28,965 nucleotides of DNA. It comes from Lentisphaerae bacterium GWF2_44_16 (lineage in GTDB: Bacteria > Verrucomicrobiota > Lentisphaeria > Victivallales > GWF2-45-14). Below are positions 25,835 to 28,965 of this stretch, in pieces. Each line of letters opens with the position of its first letter. Position 1 is the stretch's first letter. The DNA lies in contig MHBF01000149.1 in assembly GCA_001803225.1 (NCBI GenBank), forward strand, positions 1-28,965, given 5' to 3'. Position numbers and translations under genes: made by a program. The notes under the pieces were generated by a model, which had not been told where the DNA came from, did not search any database, and saw only the letters and a list, made by a program, of their open reading frames with translations.

Positions 25835-26347
25835 ATGAATATGGTTTACTTGGTGAAGCCGTCGACGGCATATCTGGACCGAATATCGAAATTCAAAGCC
25901 GCGTTTTTCATGGCCGAAGAGTCCAGAATACCAGGAAGCGGCGGTTTGGAAAAGTATGACGAACTTGAACGGTGGATGGCGAGTTTGGATTTGCTTGAGT
26001 CCGGCATGATTGAGGGGACGGTGCCAACCTCCGTATTTCTCATCGTCACCGATACGGACGATGTGGTTGGCACGATTTCCTTACGGCGACACCTTACCAA
26101 GGATCTCGAGGAATTCGGCGGACACGTCGGATACGCCATCACCTCTTCCGAACGCAACAAGGGTTATGCGAAGAATGCCTTGGAAACCCTGATCCGGACA
26201 AAAGCAATTCAGCATACCGACCTGTGGATCATGTGTGAAGATGATAACATTCCGTCCAACATAGTGGTGATCGACAATCAAGGCATTTTGATGAATCAAA
26301 TCAATCATCATGGCAAGGTGATCAACCGTTACAAGATTACCATTTGA
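25835..26347 (+). CDS. GNAT-family N-acetyltransferase.
   Basis: Motif-A-like GHVGYAITSSERNKGYAKNAL. About 170 aa. Confidence 0.75.
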   Translation: MNMVYLVKPSTAYLDRISKFKAAFFMAEESRIPGSGGLEKYDELERWMASLDLLESGMIEGTVPTSVFLIVTDTDDVVGTISLRRHLTKDLEEFGGHVGYAITSSERNKGYAKNALETLIRTKAIQHTDLWIMCEDDNIPSNIVVIDNQGILMNQINHHGKVINRYKITI

Positions 26348-26662
26348 CGAAAGACGTTTGCTACTCGGTCGCGACAAAATCGAACCCATAAAGTGATAGA
26401 CAATAATAAATTGACGAGATATAATAGTGACAAGGTCCGGTATATAAGCCATCTTTACAAATCGTACCGGTCTAATTATGAGTGATTCGTGCGCAGAACA
26501 AGTCGCGTCAATGGAACGGACGGTAAAACTCCGCGTCGAAGTGAGCGGAGGAATGTTCATTACAATCAAACAAGGGTTTTGAGATGTTTCGTCCTATGCA
26601 ATCGCGTTCAAGCGATGCGGTGCGCGAGGCGTTGCCTTAGCGCATGCCGGATGGAACGTCTT

Positions 26663-26708
26663 TGAGGGGGTGCCCCCCTCATTTGCAGGTTCGAATCCTG
26701 CCGGAATG
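26663..26708 (+). other. tRNA-like 3' fragment (variable-arm hairpin + T-arm + acceptor 3' strand). Possible integration-site remnant, not a complete tRNA.
   Basis: A 7-bp hairpin GAGGGGGtgcCCCCCTC at 26663-26679 is followed by the canonical T-arm GCAGG-TTCGAAT-CCTGC at 26684-26700 and then 7 nt of acceptor strand. No matching 5' acceptor/D/anticodon arms could be folded upstream. Confidence 0.35.
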
Positions 26709-26981
26709 CAATCCGCCAAAGGCTCGGAAATTAATATGTACATATTACCATCCACATCCCCAAGCCGCGTAAGCGAGCATTCCCCGATGACCGTCCCGTC
26801 AGACCCGCGATCCGTCGCGGGGACGACAATGCGCCCTGCGCTTTGTCCGGACGGTGATACCGACGACCCGAACCGGAAGCCATGGCTTTGCCCCCGCTTC
26901 CGGCGACGGCGTCTCACCCGTCCGGCCGCGCGTTGCGCATCGGCGGTCATCACTTCGACTTTTCTACCGGGAGGTATTGCC

Positions 26982-28082
26982 ATGAAAAAGATCATCGTCA
27001 ACGAAAACCAGCGCGGACTGCTGTTCCGCAGCGGTCGTTTCGTGAAACTGCTTGAACCGGGTGCTTATGTGCCGTGGTTCGGAGCCCACGCCGAACTTTT
27101 GACCCTCGACCGAACGTTGATGTCACCCATTTGCGGGCTTGACGTCCTGCTCGCCGATCCGGGAATCGCCGCGGCGACGACCGTCGTCGAAGTCGCCGAC
27201 GGAACGCTCGCACTCCACTTCGTCAACAATCTCTTCGTCGAAGCCCTGCGTCCCGGACGGTATGCCTTCTGGACCGTCTATGACCGCCATACGTTCCGCT
27301 CGCTCGATGTGAAGACGCCGGAAGTGCCGGAAGATTTGCCGCTTCACGTGCTCGCGAAGATGAATCCGCTCTTGTTCGCCAAGGTCGTCGTCGCGAACCA
27401 TCAGTGCGGCCGGCTGTACTTCGACGGCAAATTCGTCCGTCTCCTCGATCCGGGAACCCACTGGTTCTGGCAGGGAACACCCAACGTCACCTATGACCTC
27501 GTCGATGCGCGTCTCACGCAGATGAACGTCACGGGGCAGGAGATCCTAACCCGCGACAAGGTATCGCTCCGCATCAACCTCGTCTGCATGTACCGCATCA
27601 CCGACTTCGTCAAGGTCGCGAGCGAGATCAACGACTTCGAGGAACAGATGCGCGTCGCCGTGCAGCTCTCGCTTCGCGAATACATCGGGAAGTACCCGAT
27701 CGACGAGATCCTCGAAAACAAGGATCAGATCTCCGCGCATGTCCTGACTCGTCTCAAAGACCGTGAGAAGGACTTCTTCGTCGAGATCGTCGACGCCGGC
27801 GTGAAGGACATCATCCTGCCGGGCGAGATCAGAGACATCATGAACACCGTCCTCGTCGCCGAGAAACGCGCACAGGCGAATGTCGTCACGCGCCGGGAGG
27901 AAGTCGCTTCCACCCGTTCCTTGCTCAACACCGCCAAGTTGATGGAAGAGAACCAGACGCTTTACAAACTCAAGGAACTCGAGTATCTCGAGAAGATCTG
28001 CGAGCATGTCGGGAACATCAACCTCACCGGTAGCGGCGACCTCATGTCGCAAATCGCGAATATCATCAAGAGCGGGAAGTAA
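26982..28082 (+). CDS. SPFH/band-7 (stomatin/HflC-like) domain protein.
   Basis: GGGAGG sits 6 nt before ATG 26982. The track's upstream extension to 26670 has no RBS. SPFH-type N-terminus (NENQRGLLFRSGRFVKLLEPG), apparently duplicated (NHQCGRLYFDGKFVRLLDPG). Core TRDKVSLRINLVCMYRITDFVKV...EEQMRVAVQLSLREYIG. Coiled-coil C-terminus. Confidence 0.85.
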   Translation: MKKIIVNENQRGLLFRSGRFVKLLEPGAYVPWFGAHAELLTLDRTLMSPICGLDVLLADPGIAAATTVVEVADGTLALHFVNNLFVEALRPGRYAFWTVYDRHTFRSLDVKTPEVPEDLPLHVLAKMNPLLFAKVVVANHQCGRLYFDGKFVRLLDPGTHWFWQGTPNVTYDLVDARLTQMNVTGQEILTRDKVSLRINLVCMYRITDFVKVASEINDFEEQMRVAVQLSLREYIGKYPIDEILENKDQISAHVLTRLKDREKDFFVEIVDAGVKDIILPGEIRDIMNTVLVAEKRAQANVVTRREEVASTRSLLNTAKLMEENQTLYKLKELEYLEKICEHVGNINLTGSGDLMSQIANIIKSGK

Positions 28083-28091
28083 CGCTTTCGC

Positions 28092-28130
28092 GATCCCCGT
28101 TCCGGACACCCGGAACGGGGATCTTTCATT
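28092..28130 (+). terminator. Rho-independent terminator after the SPFH gene.
   Basis: GC-rich 14-bp stem GATCCCCGTTCCGG / CCGGAACGGGGATC with a 4-nt loop, followed by TTTCATT. Confidence 0.65.
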
Positions 28131-28231
28131 CTGTGGTCGTGAATGTGACTGTGAGGCGTTGCATCGCTAAAGGAGAATACCTTTTCGATCGAGTTGGACA
28201 TTGCATGAAACAGCCTTTGGCAATCACGCCA

Positions 28232-28276
28232 ATATACGCAAACGCATATATATCAAAACGAAACACAGAACAAATA
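28232..28276. repeat. 45-bp direct repeat (left copy) abutting the second mobile-element copy.
   Basis: ATATACGCAAACGCATATATATCAAAACGAAACACAGAACAAATA is identical to 28840-28884. A third partial copy (ATATACGCAAACGCATAT) lies at about 28882-28899. Confidence 0.6.
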
Positions 28277-28836
28277 TGGATATTCCGACGCACTTTGAGC
28301 CATCGGACCGACGAGAGTGAGCCACCCTTCCGATGAAAATGAGCCATCAATCCGACAAGTGTGAGCCACCCTTTGGAGGGTATTTATTTGATTCGCATCT
28401 ACCCTCTATTTGCGATTTTGTCGACTATGGTGGGCACGCTTAACTGCCACACAGGTCTTTGTAATACGTCGATAAACTTACTTCGTTGGACGCAAGACAT
28501 AGTGATCAATTCATCGCGATCTTTGTTGGCCGTGCCAGAAACGAAAGGTTGAAAAGGCCAAAAATGTGGATAATACGCAGTTCTGCATAGCTTTCTCCAA
28601 AAAGACTGGAACAAAGAAACAAATCGATAAAGAAAAATCTTCAATCCAAATAGTACAGTCTCATAGAAAAAACCAGAAACCTACAAATCCGTTCGCCACA
28701 TTCCCTAAGGATTACAACGAGCACTTTGTGCACAAAATGCAATACGTTGAATATGTGATGGAATTGGTGGCTCACGCCATCGGTCTCGTGGCTCAACCCT
28801 CGTCGGTCCGGTGGCTCAAATCGGTCGGTATATGCA
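28277..28836 (-). mobile_element. Second, inverted and diverged copy (about 90% identity by eye) of the 549-bp Tn7/Mu-like non-autonomous element.
   Basis: The reverse complement aligns end-to-end with 14531-15079, including the TG...CA termini and the 22-bp-phased GTGGCTCA subterminal repeats (4 and 3). Flanking 5-mers are AAATA and CAAAT, an imperfect target duplication. Internal indels disrupt the small ORF seen in copy 1. Confidence 0.7.
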
Positions 28837-28839
28837 CAA

Positions 28840-28884
28840 ATATACGCAAACGCATATATATCAAAACGAAACACAGAACAAATA
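28840..28884. repeat. 45-bp direct repeat (right copy) flanking the second mobile-element copy.
   Basis: Identical to 28232-28276. Separated from the element end by CAA. Confidence 0.6.
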
Positions 28885-28965
28885 TACGCAAACGCATATT
28901 CTAATAATTGAATATACGGTACTGTCAAGAATGTTGTGTAAATGGATTGACATAAAGAATTGGAA

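Noticed and set aside
26670-26981. N-terminal 104-codon extension of the SPFH ORF (track start 26670), and minus-strand ORF 26594-27001.
   Set aside because: There is no RBS at 26670. The extension is Pro/Arg/Ala-rich translation of GC-rich non-coding DNA that contains the tRNA-like fragment. GGGAGG-ATG at 26982 coincides with the canonical SPFH N-terminus.
27123-28109. Several minus-strand ORFs (27546-28109, 27123-27461, 27223-27480, 27725-27937) and plus-strand 25253-25675.
   Set aside because: They are Arg/Gly/Asp-rich frames typical of antisense or off-frame reading of high-GC genes (the SPFH and XRE genes). They have no ribosome-binding sites.

Overview
This window appears to be the junction between an AT-rich (about 35% GC by eye) horizontally acquired defense/mobile island (roughly 1-20200) and higher-GC flanking DNA (about 55% GC from roughly 21650 onward). 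The AT-rich part encodes, in order: a 5'-truncated ORF; a 1028-aa fusion protein (calcineurin-like metallophosphoesterase, P-loop NTPase with Walker A/B, long helical C-terminus) that looks like an uncharacterised STAND-type antiviral candidate; a convergent large serine recombinase; a 1-kb non-coding gap containing five tandem 21-bp iteron-like repeats; a complete type I restriction-modification operon (hsdR-hsdM-hsdS); and a SIR2-like/HerA gene pair (the Sir2-HerA NAD-depleting defense system). Downstream lies a 549-bp non-autonomous mobile element with a perfect 5-bp target-site duplication (CTGAT), TG...CA termini and 22-bp subterminal GTGGCTCA repeats (3 at one end, 4 at the other), which is a Tn7/Mu-like end architecture. 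A second, diverged, inverted copy sits at 28277-28836 and is flanked by 45-bp direct repeats. After the first copy come three transcription units of unknown function: a 174-aa gene; an overlapping 139-aa gene plus a 697-aa gene with a C-terminal CHAT (caspase-like His/Cys) protease domain; and a 257-aa gene. Each unit is preceded by copies of the same roughly 60-bp promoter-like module (four copies in total); copy (a) now lies just upstream of the first mobile-element copy, between it and the 174-aa gene. This co-regulated CHAT-protease gene set is the best candidate here for an undescribed system. The higher-GC part encodes a membrane protein, an ADP-ribosylglycohydrolase with two small partners, a small membrane protein, a flavin-reductase-like protein, an XRE-family regulator, a GNAT acetyltransferase and an SPFH/band-7 protein with a clear terminator. 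It also contains an isolated tRNA-like 3' fragment (variable-arm hairpin, GGTTCGAATCC T-arm, acceptor strand) that may be an integration-site remnant. No CRISPR array, rRNA or intact tRNA was found.
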